This document shows, piece by piece, positions 53,460 through 63,233 of a stretch of DNA of 64,000 nt (its first letter is position 1; each line of letters starts with the position of its first letter). The stretch lies in contig JAAFIG010000006.1 in the NCBI GenBank assembly GCA_013298595.1, forward strand, positions 66,017 to 130,016. The letters are read 5' to 3'. The position numbers were made by a program, and so were the translations under genes. The notes beneath the pieces were generated by a model. The model saw only the letters and a list, made by a program, of their open reading frames with translations. It did not search any database and was not told the DNA's origin. The DNA comes from Deinococcales bacterium (GTDB lineage: Bacteria > Deinococcota > Deinococci > Deinococcales > JAAFIG01).

Positions 53460-55684
53460 ATTTTTTCGATTCGCACCAAAGCATTGTAATCGGGAATATG
53501 GCTTTCACTCGAGCGCTTAGTTTTATCAAGTAATGGATTTCCTTCGGGAAAATGCACTTGCAGATTTTGTGGTTTGACATTGGCTATGCAGACTCGAGCC
53601 AGCATCTCTCCAACGTTTGAAACCAGTCGAACTGCATCGCCGTGTTGTAAACCAAGCTGAGTAGCATCTGCCATATTGACGAGTACAGCATCACGGGTTG
53701 CTCCATTGATACTGTCTTTTTGTTCGTGAATCATACTGTTAAATTGCTTACCACGCCGTGTGGACAAGCGAAAATACCCATTTGGCACAGCGCTACTACT
53801 GGGGTTGACAATACTGAACTTACCTCTCGAGTCAGGTGTTTTAAAAATGCCACCCGCGCATAAATGCCGTCCAGCAATTTGGAATTGATCGCCTTGTTTC
53901 TCGAGGTGTTGAATACCATCATACATTGGTATGATAGTGGCAATTTCGGTGCGAATTGCAGCGGTACTGGGGAATGTTAACTGCTGGGTTAATTCTGGGC
54001 GAACTCGGCGAGCTAGATCCATAAAAACATCCAGCTCAGCTCGAGCTTCTGGGATGCGATGCCCTGTTATTTCTGGACTGAAAATCACACGGCGTTCAGT
54101 GCTGGTTTCAGTCACACCACCAGCAATTTCGTAACGCGTACAAGCAGGTAAGACAATCACATTTTCGCCATCCACAAGCATTTGACTGGATAACACCAAA
54201 TCCATATGCACTCGCAATGGCACTTGCTCGAGTGCATTAGCAACAAATTCAGGATCGGGTAGCACCTCGAGGAAATTTCCACCAACAGCAAACAGAACAT
54301 CCAGTTCTTTTTGAGCGGCTGCATCGATCATTTCAGGTACAGTTAAACCTATTTCTCGAGACAAGCTAAACCCGTATTTTTGCTCGAGGGCCACGTAATT
54401 TTCTTCGGTTGGGGCTGCGCCGCTAGGTAGCATTGTGCTGTATGCACCCATTTCTGCGCCAGCCTGCACACCACTATGTCCACGAATTGGCATCAGACCA
54501 CAGTGGTCTCGTCCGACCCAACCTCGAGCTAAGCCCAAATTCACAATGGCTCGGACTGTATCTTCACCACAAAAATGCTGGGTAACTCCCATACTCCAGA
54601 CCAGCACCCCTGTTTTCGCGTTGCCAAGTTGTCGCGCTAAAGCCTGCATTTCGGCAGTACTCGAGCCGCTTTGCACCTCGAGTTCGGCATAACTAAGTTG
54701 CTCGAGATGGGTTTTAACAGTTTCAAAATTATTGGTATGAGCCGCAATAAATTCTTTATCCTCGAGATTTAATTCAAGCAAATGTTTGAGCACACCAGAC
54801 AGGAAAGCCGCATCGCCACCTGTATTAACAAGGTAAAAATTATCCGTGATTTTTGTGCCAAACAATGCGCTTTCGGGTGCACTTGGCACCCAATACCGTT
54901 CCATGCCAGGTTCGCGGTAGGCATTGACACAAATTACTTTTGTCCCAGCCACTTTTGCATGATGTAAGTATTTGGTGGCAACAGGTTGGTTAGTAGCAAC
55001 GTTACTGCCAATAAACACCACCACATCCGAACCAATCCAATCGGTGTAAGAACAGGTTGTGGCTGCCACACCCAACGTCTCTTTCAGTGCCACAGTACTC
55101 GGGCTATGACAAAGCCGCGCTGCATTATCAATACTGTTTGTGCCCATTGCCCGAACCGCTTTTTGCACTGCGTAATACCCTTCGTTGGTCATCCCTCGAG
55201 AGGTTAAGAAAAAACCCATGCGCTGTGCCGAACTACTCTGCACCTCAATGGCAATACTGTTAAGAGCATCATCCCAAGAAATTCTCGAGAAACCTTTTTC
55301 ACCACGTTTGCGACGCATCGGAAAAGGTAATCTGCCAAGGTCGCGTAACTCGGCACTCGAGAGTGCTTGTAATGCACCAACATCCTCGAGCCATGCTGGT
55401 TCAAGGGCTGGCATGGTGTTTAAACGCAACAAACGCAATCGGATGTTACATAAATGCACACCATCTAAAGTCCAATCTTTTAAACCACTGGTACCAAGGG
55501 CGCAACCATCACAGACACCTTCGGATAGCACTTTCCAAGCGTAACTTAAATTATCTCGAGATTCCCAAGCTGCTCGAAAGACCTCAAAGTAATTATTAGG
55601 GCGTTGTTGCCCAATACCAAATGGCACAGGACTCGCCCAGCGCTCTGGTTTCCATGTTAACGGATTAAATTCAGAGAGTTTCAT
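53456..55684 (-). CDS. FdhF/YdeP-family molybdopterin oxidoreductase
   Basis: The N-terminal KVLSEGVCDGCALG region and the ~740-aa MopB architecture. Adjacent to fdhD. Confidence 0.85.
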   Translation of the reverse strand: MKLSEFNPLTWKPERWASPVPFGIGQQRPNNYFEVFRAAWESRDNLSYAWKVLSEGVCDGCALGTSGLKDWTLDGVHLCNIRLRLLRLNTMPALEPAWLEDVGALQALSSAELRDLGRLPFPMRRKRGEKGFSRISWDDALNSIAIEVQSSSAQRMGFFLTSRGMTNEGYYAVQKAVRAMGTNSIDNAARLCHSPSTVALKETLGVAATTCSYTDWIGSDVVVFIGSNVATNQPVATKYLHHAKVAGTKVICVNAYREPGMERYWVPSAPESALFGTKITDNFYLVNTGGDAAFLSGVLKHLLELNLEDKEFIAAHTNNFETVKTHLEQLSYAELEVQSGSSTAEMQALARQLGNAKTGVLVWSMGVTQHFCGEDTVRAIVNLGLARGWVGRDHCGLMPIRGHSGVQAGAEMGAYSTMLPSGAAPTEENYVALEQKYGFSLSREIGLTVPEMIDAAAQKELDVLFAVGGNFLEVLPDPEFVANALEQVPLRVHMDLVLSSQMLVDGENVIVLPACTRYEIAGGVTETSTERRVIFSPEITGHRIPEARAELDVFMDLARRVRPELTQQLTFPSTAAIRTEIATIIPMYDGIQHLEKQGDQFQIAGRHLCAGGIFKTPDSRGKFSIVNPSSSAVPNGYFRLSTRRGKQFNSMIHEQKDSINGATRDAVLVNMADATQLGLQHGDAVRLVSNVGEMLARVCIANVKPQNLQVHFPEGNPLLDKTKRSSESHIPDYNALVRIEKI

Positions 55685-57459
55685 ACAACCTCGGGTTGCA
55701 GATGTTGCTCGAGAAACGCAGCAATTTTTGGGTACGCATCCAAGCGATTATGCAGCTTCGCTAAACCATGCCCTTCGTCGGCATACACCAAGAATTCCAC
55801 TGGCACACCTTTGGCAATTAACGCATCACGCATTTGCTCAGCTTCAAATAACGGCACTCGAGGATCGTTAGCACCATGCACAATAAAAAGTGGTGCTCGC
55901 AATTTATTCAAATGCGTGATTGGGCTGATACTGGTCAAAAACTCGCGGTCATGCTCGAGGCTGCCATACTCCGATTCACGCAATGACCGACGATACGCAC
56001 TGGTACGCTCGAGGAAAGTTACAAAATTGCTAATACCCACAATATCCACACCTGCTGCGAATAATTCTGGGTATGTGGTCAGGCAACTCAGCACCATAAA
56101 CCCACCATAACTACCACCATAGACCGCGATTCGTTTGGCATCAGCGCTACCTTCAGCAACCAACCACTGCACCGCAGCGCGAATATCTGCCACGCTATCC
56201 ATACGTTTACGCACATCATCTAAAGCCATAAAGGTTTTGCCGTACCCTGTACTACCACGCACATTTGGGTATAACACCGCCATGCCTCGAGAAACCCAGT
56301 ACTGAGCTAATGCCATAAAATCTGGACGGCTTTGCGATTCGGGACCACCATGAATACTGATAACCACTGGAACTTTGCCAGTTACATTTTTGGGTTGATA
56401 ATACCAACCTGAAATCTCGAGACCATCAAAACTCTGCCATTTAACAAGTTTGGGTTCAACCAACGAAGCCTGTGGTACAAGCCCTAAATCAGCCTGAGTC
56501 CAAGCAGTTAATGTACCATCTGTGGTTAGTATAAAAACGTTATACGCAGCCCTCGAGCCATTGGCAATCACCAAAAAAGTATTTGCCACTAAACTTGGCA
56601 ACACTTGTGCAACACCAACAGGTACACCCTGCACCACTTGCACTTCACCTGTGATCTGATGCTTTAACTCGAGCACACTCAAACCCGCTTGATTGCTGCT
56701 AACACACAAGTAATCCCCACTAAAAGCAAAACTTTCTTCATCCCAAGCTCGATCAGATTGAAACTCGAGTACTCCTGACTCGAGATCAATCCGAGCCAAG
56801 TTTGAGAATTCACGCTCGAGGTTACTGGAACACCAAACACAACTTCCATTGTTATGGAATTTTGCACCACTAAAAAAAGCTTTGCCTACGTGGGCTGTTA
56901 AAAGTTTAGTTTCACCAGACTCGAGGTTGACCAAGAGCAAATTATTATCATCATTACCATTGGCTTGGGCTACCAGTAAAAACTGTTCATGCCAATCTTG
57001 CACATAACAATACCCAGCCAAATCCGAGACTTTACGAATTTCTCGAGAAGCCAAATCCATGACATAAACATGAAAATCTGTATTGTTTTCTCGAGTGGCA
57101 GTAAACGCAATTTGCGTAGCGGCTGCATTCCAACAACCCCACACATGTTTCACTTCTGGGTTATTGGTTAAAGCTACAACTTCTTGCCCATCATCAGAAG
57201 AAAGAAAAAATTGTGTTTGTTCATTGCCACCCTCATCCATACCAAAAATGTATCGATTTCCAACAGGTGCGTACTGCACAAACATCACACGATTTGGGTA
57301 GAAGGTACGTTGGGCAGCCCAACCTCGAGCCGCATCAGACGTAAAGACTTGATATGTGCCAGTAGGGTTGTACAAAAATGCCATCCGCTGCCCATCGGCA
57401 CGCAATGAACCATCAATGACCCCACGAATATTTAAGTAATGCAAAAAATCCATACGCAT
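55681..57459 (-). CDS. S9-family prolyl oligopeptidase / dipeptidyl aminopeptidase with an N-terminal beta-propeller
   Basis: Catalytic GGSYGG nucleophile elbow and a late ...ADEGHG... segment carrying the catalytic His. Confidence 0.85.
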   Translation of the reverse strand: MRMDFLHYLNIRGVIDGSLRADGQRMAFLYNPTGTYQVFTSDAARGWAAQRTFYPNRVMFVQYAPVGNRYIFGMDEGGNEQTQFFLSSDDGQEVVALTNNPEVKHVWGCWNAAATQIAFTATRENNTDFHVYVMDLASREIRKVSDLAGYCYVQDWHEQFLLVAQANGNDDNNLLLVNLESGETKLLTAHVGKAFFSGAKFHNNGSCVWCSSNLEREFSNLARIDLESGVLEFQSDRAWDEESFAFSGDYLCVSSNQAGLSVLELKHQITGEVQVVQGVPVGVAQVLPSLVANTFLVIANGSRAAYNVFILTTDGTLTAWTQADLGLVPQASLVEPKLVKWQSFDGLEISGWYYQPKNVTGKVPVVISIHGGPESQSRPDFMALAQYWVSRGMAVLYPNVRGSTGYGKTFMALDDVRKRMDSVADIRAAVQWLVAEGSADAKRIAVYGGSYGGFMVLSCLTTYPELFAAGVDIVGISNFVTFLERTSAYRRSLRESEYGSLEHDREFLTSISPITHLNKLRAPLFIVHGANDPRVPLFEAEQMRDALIAKGVPVEFLVYADEGHGLAKLHNRLDAYPKIAAFLEQHLQPEVV

Positions 57460-57515
57460 AGTCTACCTGTTTACCAATACTCGAGCGATTACTCGTACAG
57501 AACAACCTTGATTCT

Positions 57516-57538
57516 TTGTGACGCTTCTTGTGACGCTT
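57516..57538 (+). promoter_or_regulatory. Tandem direct repeat TTGTGACGCTT-C-TTGTGACGCTT upstream of the secreted-protein cluster
   Basis: Two identical 11-mers with a 12-bp period. A TAAAGT -10-like hexamer lies 6 nt downstream (57545-57550), and the first ATG is at 57576. Confidence 0.45.
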
Positions 57539-57575
57539 GGTCTTTAAAGTGAAACTCGAGGTTCAAAGGAGATTT

Positions 57576-57995
57576 ATGAAACACTGGTGGATCGGAATAC
57601 TTGTTGGCATTACCTTGATTGGTTGTGGGAACACCACACCGCCTAGCCCAGTCGGAACTTGGACTGACTCTGCTGTGAACGGGAATGGCATTTGTGTAAG
57701 TGGAAATCAGGCTCTGTTTCAGTTTATTTTTATCATTGCTGAACCTAGTAGTTCAGGGGCAATCTCGGCAACCCTCAGAGTAAAACAGCAAGGTAATCAA
57801 GACACTGTGCTGGCTCTTTCTGGAACATTTAATGGTTCGAGCATGAGCATAACAGACCCGAATAATTCATTTTTACCTGTTGTCAATGGTTCATTTGATT
57901 TTTCGCAAAAACGCTTTACAGGTACGCTCAGTGGAAAGTGCTACAGCAGTAGCAATACAATTGGAACATTTAACTTCACAGCTATTAAGCAATAA
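57576..57995 (+). CDS. Small hypothetical lipoprotein
   Basis: The start MKHWWIGILVGITLIGCGN (lipobox LIGC) has AAGGAG 5 nt upstream. The track ORF starts earlier, at 57537. Confidence 0.6.
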   Translation: MKHWWIGILVGITLIGCGNTTPPSPVGTWTDSAVNGNGICVSGNQALFQFIFIIAEPSSSGAISATLRVKQQGNQDTVLALSGTFNGSSMSITDPNNSFLPVVNGSFDFSQKRFTGTLSGKCYSSSNTIGTFNFTAIKQ

Positions 57996-58006
57996 AGGAG
58001 GCACTT

Positions 58007-58633
58007 ATGAAAATAGCTCGAGTTATTCTTAGCATTGGTGTGGTTTCGGTACTCGGTTTTGCCTTAGCACAAGCAGTTAAGCAAGTCAGTGTTTCGCTGG
58101 CTGGGAAATCCCTAAAATTAGACAGTGTTATTGTCAAAGGCAAAACGTATGTTTCGCTCGAGCAGCTCAAAAAAGCCCTACCCAACCCTGTTGGTGGTGC
58201 TAACCAAGCGGCTGGAACAACTGGTTGTATCAATCAAATGCTGTTTAATGGCGCGTGGCGTTTTCGGGTTCAAAAAGTCTTTTTTAGTGTGGAAGAAAAA
58301 ACTTGGTTTATTACTGTGGAGCTTCGCAATGCCATGAACCAATCAGCAATGGCTTTTAACAATGGCTCGGAAGGGTTAGGCGGCGATATTACGCTTTCAA
58401 TGGCTTCAGGTAATACTTTGAATATTGCCAATGTCAACGAAACCCAAGATAAAATTCTTTTAAAAAACCTCGCTCCTGGAGCCGGCGTGGTGACAAATTT
58501 CGAGTTTAGTGCCGACTCAGATGCTGATAAACCCACCAAGTTCTTATGGGCAATGTCGGCAGCCAATAATTCTTCTAAAGCACCTTTATCTAAAGAACCG
58601 GCTTTTCGGGTTGATTTAACGTGTGCAAAGTAA
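58007..58633 (+). CDS. Secreted hypothetical protein, paralogue A
   Basis: Has a signal peptide. AAGGAGG lies 5 nt upstream. About 50 percent identical by eye to the next ORF. Confidence 0.65.
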   Translation: MKIARVILSIGVVSVLGFALAQAVKQVSVSLAGKSLKLDSVIVKGKTYVSLEQLKKALPNPVGGANQAAGTTGCINQMLFNGAWRFRVQKVFFSVEEKTWFITVELRNAMNQSAMAFNNGSEGLGGDITLSMASGNTLNIANVNETQDKILLKNLAPGAGVVTNFEFSADSDADKPTKFLWAMSAANNSSKAPLSKEPAFRVDLTCAK

Positions 58634-58660
58634 TTTGATTTTTTCGAGTAAAGTACTTTT

Positions 58661-59311
58661 ATGAAACTTTCTCGAGTATTTTTGGGTCTTGGTTGTGCAA
58701 CCCTTCTTGGTTTGGCTGTAGCACAAACTGTTAAACTTGTATCGATTAACATTGCTGGCAAGGACGTAAAGCTCGAGAGTGTCGTGGTGCAAGGTAAAAC
58801 TTTTGTTTCGCTCGAGCAATTAAAAAAAGCTTTTCCTGTGGTCTCTAAACCCCAGACCGTTCCAGGTGGCACAAATCAGGTTGCGGCAACGCAGGGTTGT
58901 ATTAAAGAGTTTTTGTTTAATGGCGCTTGGCGTTTTCGGGTTTTAGCCATTGCTTACGACCCTGCTAAACAAGGCTGGTTGACCACCGTAGAATTGCGGA
59001 ACGGCATGAAAAAAATTGCTCAGGTTCGTGGTTCAGGTGCCGATAATGCCGCTAGGGATATTTCTTTAGCTTTGGCTTCTGGCAATGTGCTCGAGTTATC
59101 AGTTGGGCAATCCTCGAATGTGCAAGAAAAATTGTTGTACAAGCAATTGGCTCCTGGGGCTGCAACGGTGGTGGATATGATTTTTTATGCCGATTCTGAC
59201 GCGGATAAACCACGTAAGTTTTTGTGGGTGATGTCCGCAAAGAATAATGTGGATAATGCGCCGCTGATTAAAGACCCTGCTTTTCGTATTGATTTAACTT
59301 GTATTAAGTAG
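58661..59311 (+). CDS. Secreted hypothetical protein, paralogue B
   Basis: Has a signal peptide. Shared blocks with paralogue A: FVSLEQLKKA, GCI..LFNGAWRFRV, VELRN, ADSDADKP.KFLW.MSA, PAFR.DLTC.K. Confidence 0.65.
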   Translation: MKLSRVFLGLGCATLLGLAVAQTVKLVSINIAGKDVKLESVVVQGKTFVSLEQLKKAFPVVSKPQTVPGGTNQVAATQGCIKEFLFNGAWRFRVLAIAYDPAKQGWLTTVELRNGMKKIAQVRGSGADNAARDISLALASGNVLELSVGQSSNVQEKLLYKQLAPGAATVVDMIFYADSDADKPRKFLWVMSAKNNVDNAPLIKDPAFRIDLTCIK

Positions 59312-59385
59312 GATTTTTTGCTGTATCAAAAGCCAACAGTAGCATCCATCAAGCATTTTTTGGCTCGAGGCTTTAGACTATTGGC

Positions 59386-61815
59386 ATGATTGCCCAAGGT
59401 TTGCTCGAAGTGCATTTATTTGGTGTTCCAGCACTTCGCCTTGATGGGCAGGTTTTATTGCTGCCAACCAAGCGGGCTTGGGGTTTAGTGGCGTTCTTAG
59501 CGCTCGAAGGGGCAACTTCTCGAGATAATTTAGCCAAATTGTTGTGGGATGAAGCTTTTTTCGAGAATCCTCGTAAGAATTTACGACAAGAATTATATCG
59601 GTTAATGCAAACGCCTTTAGCTCAGTTTCTTGAGATAGCCAATGATCTTGTGAGATTACAGTGCAGTTCGGATGCGGCTCAAGCTCGAGCTGATGAAACA
59701 TATTTGATTTCGGGTGTTTTTTTAGAAAGGTTTGATGTGCCTCAAGCGCCTGATTTTCAGAGTTGGTTGCAAATGCAGCGCGAAACTTTTTCGCGTTCAC
59801 GTATCAGCCGCTTGGAAACTCGAGCTAAACATGTAACTGGTTTAGTTGCTTTAGATGCGTGGCTCGAGGTGCTTAAAGCCGATAATTTGCATGAAACAGC
59901 GGTGCAAGCAGCCTTACAACTCGAGGCGGAACATCTTGGTAAGACAGCCGCTTTAGAACGTTACCGAGGCTTTAAGACACTTTTACAAGCCGAACTTGGT
60001 CTTGAACCTCTGCCCGAAACACGGGCTTTAGCCCACCAATTGGGTTTGGAAGCAAAAGCAGTTGTTCAACCTAAAACCGATGTGCGAATGCAGCGTTTAC
60101 TCGAGGCTGCTGGTTTATTCAATCAACCTTTTGAAGCCCAAATGCTGCTTGATGTGACTGGTTTAACTGATTTTGAAATTCTGGAGGTACTCGAGATAGC
60201 CGCCACAAAGGGTTTTTTGCGTCGTTCAGGGACTCAGTACACTATCTTAGAAAAAAATAATACTTTAAGCACTGAACGCAAACGGATTCTCGAGCGGCGC
60301 ATTGCTAAACGTTTATTGGCACTTGGCGCAATGCCTGAAATTGTGGCAGCTCATCTCGAGCAAGCTGGCGAGCATTTAGAAGCCACAGGCAAATACCTCG
60401 AAGCAGCAGAATTGGCTAATCGTCAGGATCGCATGACCGAAGCGATGCAGTTTTACAACAAAGTTATTCAATTAAGCCAAACCCCCGAGCAACGATTTGA
60501 GGTTCTGCAATCCAGAGTGATTTTGGCACGGCGTTTAGATAATCGAATATGGCGCGAAACAATTCGGGATTTAGAACGTGAAGCTCGAAACCGAACAGCC
60601 GAGCATCGAGTAATTGCTGATTTACAACGCGCTTTGTGGCATTTGACCAATGCTGAATACGATAAAGCCCTCGAGTTTGTCTCGGCTCATCTCGAGCGAA
60701 CTGGTCAACAAGGGGCAATGGCAGCTTATTTACAAGGCACAATACTGGTTAAAACAGGACAATTAGCAAGTGCTGAAAAATTCTTACAACGAGCCTTAGA
60801 AAATAAGAGTGCACTCGAGGATATACAAAACGCCGAAGTGCATAATGTGTTGTGTGTTTTGGCTGTACAACGAGCAGATTTCCATAATGCCAAAATCCAT
60901 AATCAGGCTTCCTTAAAAGGCTTTGCTCGCAGTGGACACAATTCGGGTTTAACTCGAGCACTTTCCACAGCTGGTGCACTCGAGATGTTAACGGGTCAAC
61001 ATCGTGCAGCTGAACGCATGTTTAAACGTTCACTCGAGACTGCCCAGAAAATTGGCGATTATGCCAGTCAAATTGCCACATTACTGAATTTAAGTAAAAC
61101 CTGTTTTGAAACTTCCCGATTTGATGCCAGCCACGAGTGTCTCGAGCAAGGATTAGCACTCCTCGAGATACATTCAGACCCCAATATCATGGGTTCATAT
61201 TTGGTCAATATGGCTGCTATAGAAAGAATTCAATTGCATTTAGATAGCGCTTGGCAACGAGTGACGACAGCACTTGAACTTGCTAAAACGCAAAATGCCA
61301 TGCCAAAAGTAGCCAGTCGTAGTTTGGTTTTGGTCAGCATGGCAATTGAACGAAACCGTTTCGAGCGTGCACAGCAGTACCTCGAGCTGGCTGCAGAGCA
61401 CATCACACCAGAAATACAATCTGAGTTAATTTTACAAAAAGCACATTTGGCACTTTTACGGCAACAACCTTGGCAAACAATTGATTTACTTACAGACCAA
61501 ACATTGCAAAACGATGACCTCGAGTTTCAGTCAGCCCTGATGGCATTTGCTTATCTTGCTCTCGAGCAACCAAGCGCTGCTAAAACCATACTCAATTTAA
61601 CTGCCTCGAGTGTTTATGCACCATATGTGCAAGCCGCACAGATTCAAACCCATGCTACGCTTGGCACTTTACAACCCGAGCATTTTGTACTTGTACCAAG
61701 CAAAAATACCTTACCGTTTACGCGTTATGCTCTCAATCTTGCATTTGCAAAACACAGTTCAGAGCAGCAAAAGTACACAAAAGAATTGCAGTGGCTCGAG
61801 AAAAAACTCAAGTGA
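59386..61815 (+). CDS. SARP-type regulator: OmpR-like winged helix plus BTAD domain plus long TPR-like region. No P-loop seen.
   Basis: The N-terminal LEVHLFGVPALRLDGQVLLLPTKRAWGLVAFLALEG...LAKLLWD (SARP wHTH) is followed by ...AALERYRGFKTLLQAELGLEPLPETRAL (BTAD). I found no GxxxxGK[ST] motif by eye. Confidence 0.75.
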   Translation: MIAQGLLEVHLFGVPALRLDGQVLLLPTKRAWGLVAFLALEGATSRDNLAKLLWDEAFFENPRKNLRQELYRLMQTPLAQFLEIANDLVRLQCSSDAAQARADETYLISGVFLERFDVPQAPDFQSWLQMQRETFSRSRISRLETRAKHVTGLVALDAWLEVLKADNLHETAVQAALQLEAEHLGKTAALERYRGFKTLLQAELGLEPLPETRALAHQLGLEAKAVVQPKTDVRMQRLLEAAGLFNQPFEAQMLLDVTGLTDFEILEVLEIAATKGFLRRSGTQYTILEKNNTLSTERKRILERRIAKRLLALGAMPEIVAAHLEQAGEHLEATGKYLEAAELANRQDRMTEAMQFYNKVIQLSQTPEQRFEVLQSRVILARRLDNRIWRETIRDLEREARNRTAEHRVIADLQRALWHLTNAEYDKALEFVSAHLERTGQQGAMAAYLQGTILVKTGQLASAEKFLQRALENKSALEDIQNAEVHNVLCVLAVQRADFHNAKIHNQASLKGFARSGHNSGLTRALSTAGALEMLTGQHRAAERMFKRSLETAQKIGDYASQIATLLNLSKTCFETSRFDASHECLEQGLALLEIHSDPNIMGSYLVNMAAIERIQLHLDSAWQRVTTALELAKTQNAMPKVASRSLVLVSMAIERNRFERAQQYLELAAEHITPEIQSELILQKAHLALLRQQPWQTIDLLTDQTLQNDDLEFQSALMAFAYLALEQPSAAKTILNLTASSVYAPYVQAAQIQTHATLGTLQPEHFVLVPSKNTLPFTRYALNLAFAKHSSEQQKYTKELQWLEKKLK

Positions 61816-61827
61816 AGCTCGGGCGTA

Positions 61828-62706
61828 TTACAGTGCTATTTTTTTTGGTAATTCTTCACGTAATCCTGGGAGCATGATAGTTTCGACGTACTCGCGGTCT
61901 TGTACTCGAGGAGCAAGAAACGCCAGATTGGTCAGCCATTCGGCAATGGTGAACAAATGGCGTTGCTGCCCAAATTCTTTTGGTAATGGTTGCACAGTCC
62001 CGTAGCCACGCAAAAAAGCCTCTCGAGGTTCAGATTCGAGATAGCCTAAGGCTGTGACAATATCAAATGTGATTGGTCCAAAACCACAACGGTCAAAGTC
62101 TATGATTGCTACTTTTTCATTGTGCCAAATCATATTGCCCGCATGTAAATCCGCATGAATAAGACTCCATGTTGTTACACCATCCATAAAAGCTGTTTGC
62201 GCTTTTCGCATGGCTTGCTCGAGCAATGGCATGTCAGGTTCTAGCCATTCAATACCACGCAAAATATTCAGTGTGTCCTCGAGATATGCAATGTTGTAAT
62301 GAAGCCGTTCAAAACCAATGGGTGCCTTAAAATCTTGGGCAATGACATGGAGTTTTGCCAGTAATGCACCCACCATTTCAGCTTGGGTTTCGTTGATTTC
62401 CTCGAGTACCGTGCCTTCGATCCATGTCAGTAAAGAAAAACGCTTGGATGCTTGCTCGAGAATAAAATTACCACTGGCTAAAGCAACAGGTTTTTGCACC
62501 TCGAGTCCGTGTTGTTGTAAGTGATGCAGCCAAAGCATCTCGGATTCAAGGGCTGCTAGGCTATAGGAAGCTGTTTGATGTTGTCTTAGAATATATTTTT
62601 CACCTGCAGCTGTGCTAATCACATGGTTAATATTTTGAGTATCACCGAGGAGTTCAGTGGTGACAGGCTGTATGGCAAATTGCTCGAGCACAGATGCTAA
62701 ATTCAT
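61828..62706 (-). CDS. Aminoglycoside phosphotransferase-fold kinase (APH / homoserine kinase type II-like)
   Basis: HADLHAGNMIW catalytic loop and IDFDRCGFG metal-binding motif. Confidence 0.75.
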   Translation of the reverse strand: MNLASVLEQFAIQPVTTELLGDTQNINHVISTAAGEKYILRQHQTASYSLAALESEMLWLHHLQQHGLEVQKPVALASGNFILEQASKRFSLLTWIEGTVLEEINETQAEMVGALLAKLHVIAQDFKAPIGFERLHYNIAYLEDTLNILRGIEWLEPDMPLLEQAMRKAQTAFMDGVTTWSLIHADLHAGNMIWHNEKVAIIDFDRCGFGPITFDIVTALGYLESEPREAFLRGYGTVQPLPKEFGQQRHLFTIAEWLTNLAFLAPRVQDREYVETIMLPGLREELPKKIAL

Positions 62707-63233
62707 ATGTATTTGTTATAGCTGTTGCAGAAACACCTCGGCAATAGGCGGATTGACATAGCTTCTGATCACAAGTACATCGAGGTAGCTCGAGTGTGTT
62801 CTTTTTGTAGTAATAACAAAATTGCATCGGAATCTAAGCTGCTTTGGTGTTACGTCAGCAGAGACTCGAGTTAAAAGTTTTTATGCTGCATAATGACTTG
62901 TTAGAGACAGTCTTTACACTTGCCTTAGGTTAATCATTCGTCTGAGGCGCTATTCTCTTGCATTACTACGTCTATAGCGAAATGATTATTTGTAAGCTAC
63001 TTAACTTGACGCTGCCCCCAGATGTGGTATGCTACCAATATCAAAGCACGAGATATTGACACTTGATGGTCAAAACCGACATCAAACTGGCGTATTTCAA
63101 GGGAGTGCGACATGAACGAACCAACAGTCGAACAGCCACGCCTCCCCAACATCAACTAAACCCTCACCCCAAGCTTCTCGAAAACTTCGAGACGCTACAA
63201 TTTTGACCCCAATCCACTCGGAGGCAACAAATC

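Noticed and set aside
59386-61815. A link between the SARP regulator and CTCGAG, because classical Streptomyces SARP heptamer repeats contain TCGAG
   Set aside because: CTCGAG is spread uniformly through coding DNA at hundreds of copies, which is incompatible with a pathway-specific activator site. The promoter next to this regulator's cluster carries a different repeat (TTGTGACGCTT).
62707-63233. Cobalamin riboswitch or NrdR boxes in the nrdJ leader
   Set aside because: The string gctgccccc resembles part of the B12-element core, but the accompanying GGGAA, GGTG and B12-box segments are not visible. No convincing pair of ACACwAtATaTwGTGT-like palindromes was found. This needs a covariance-model or PWM search.
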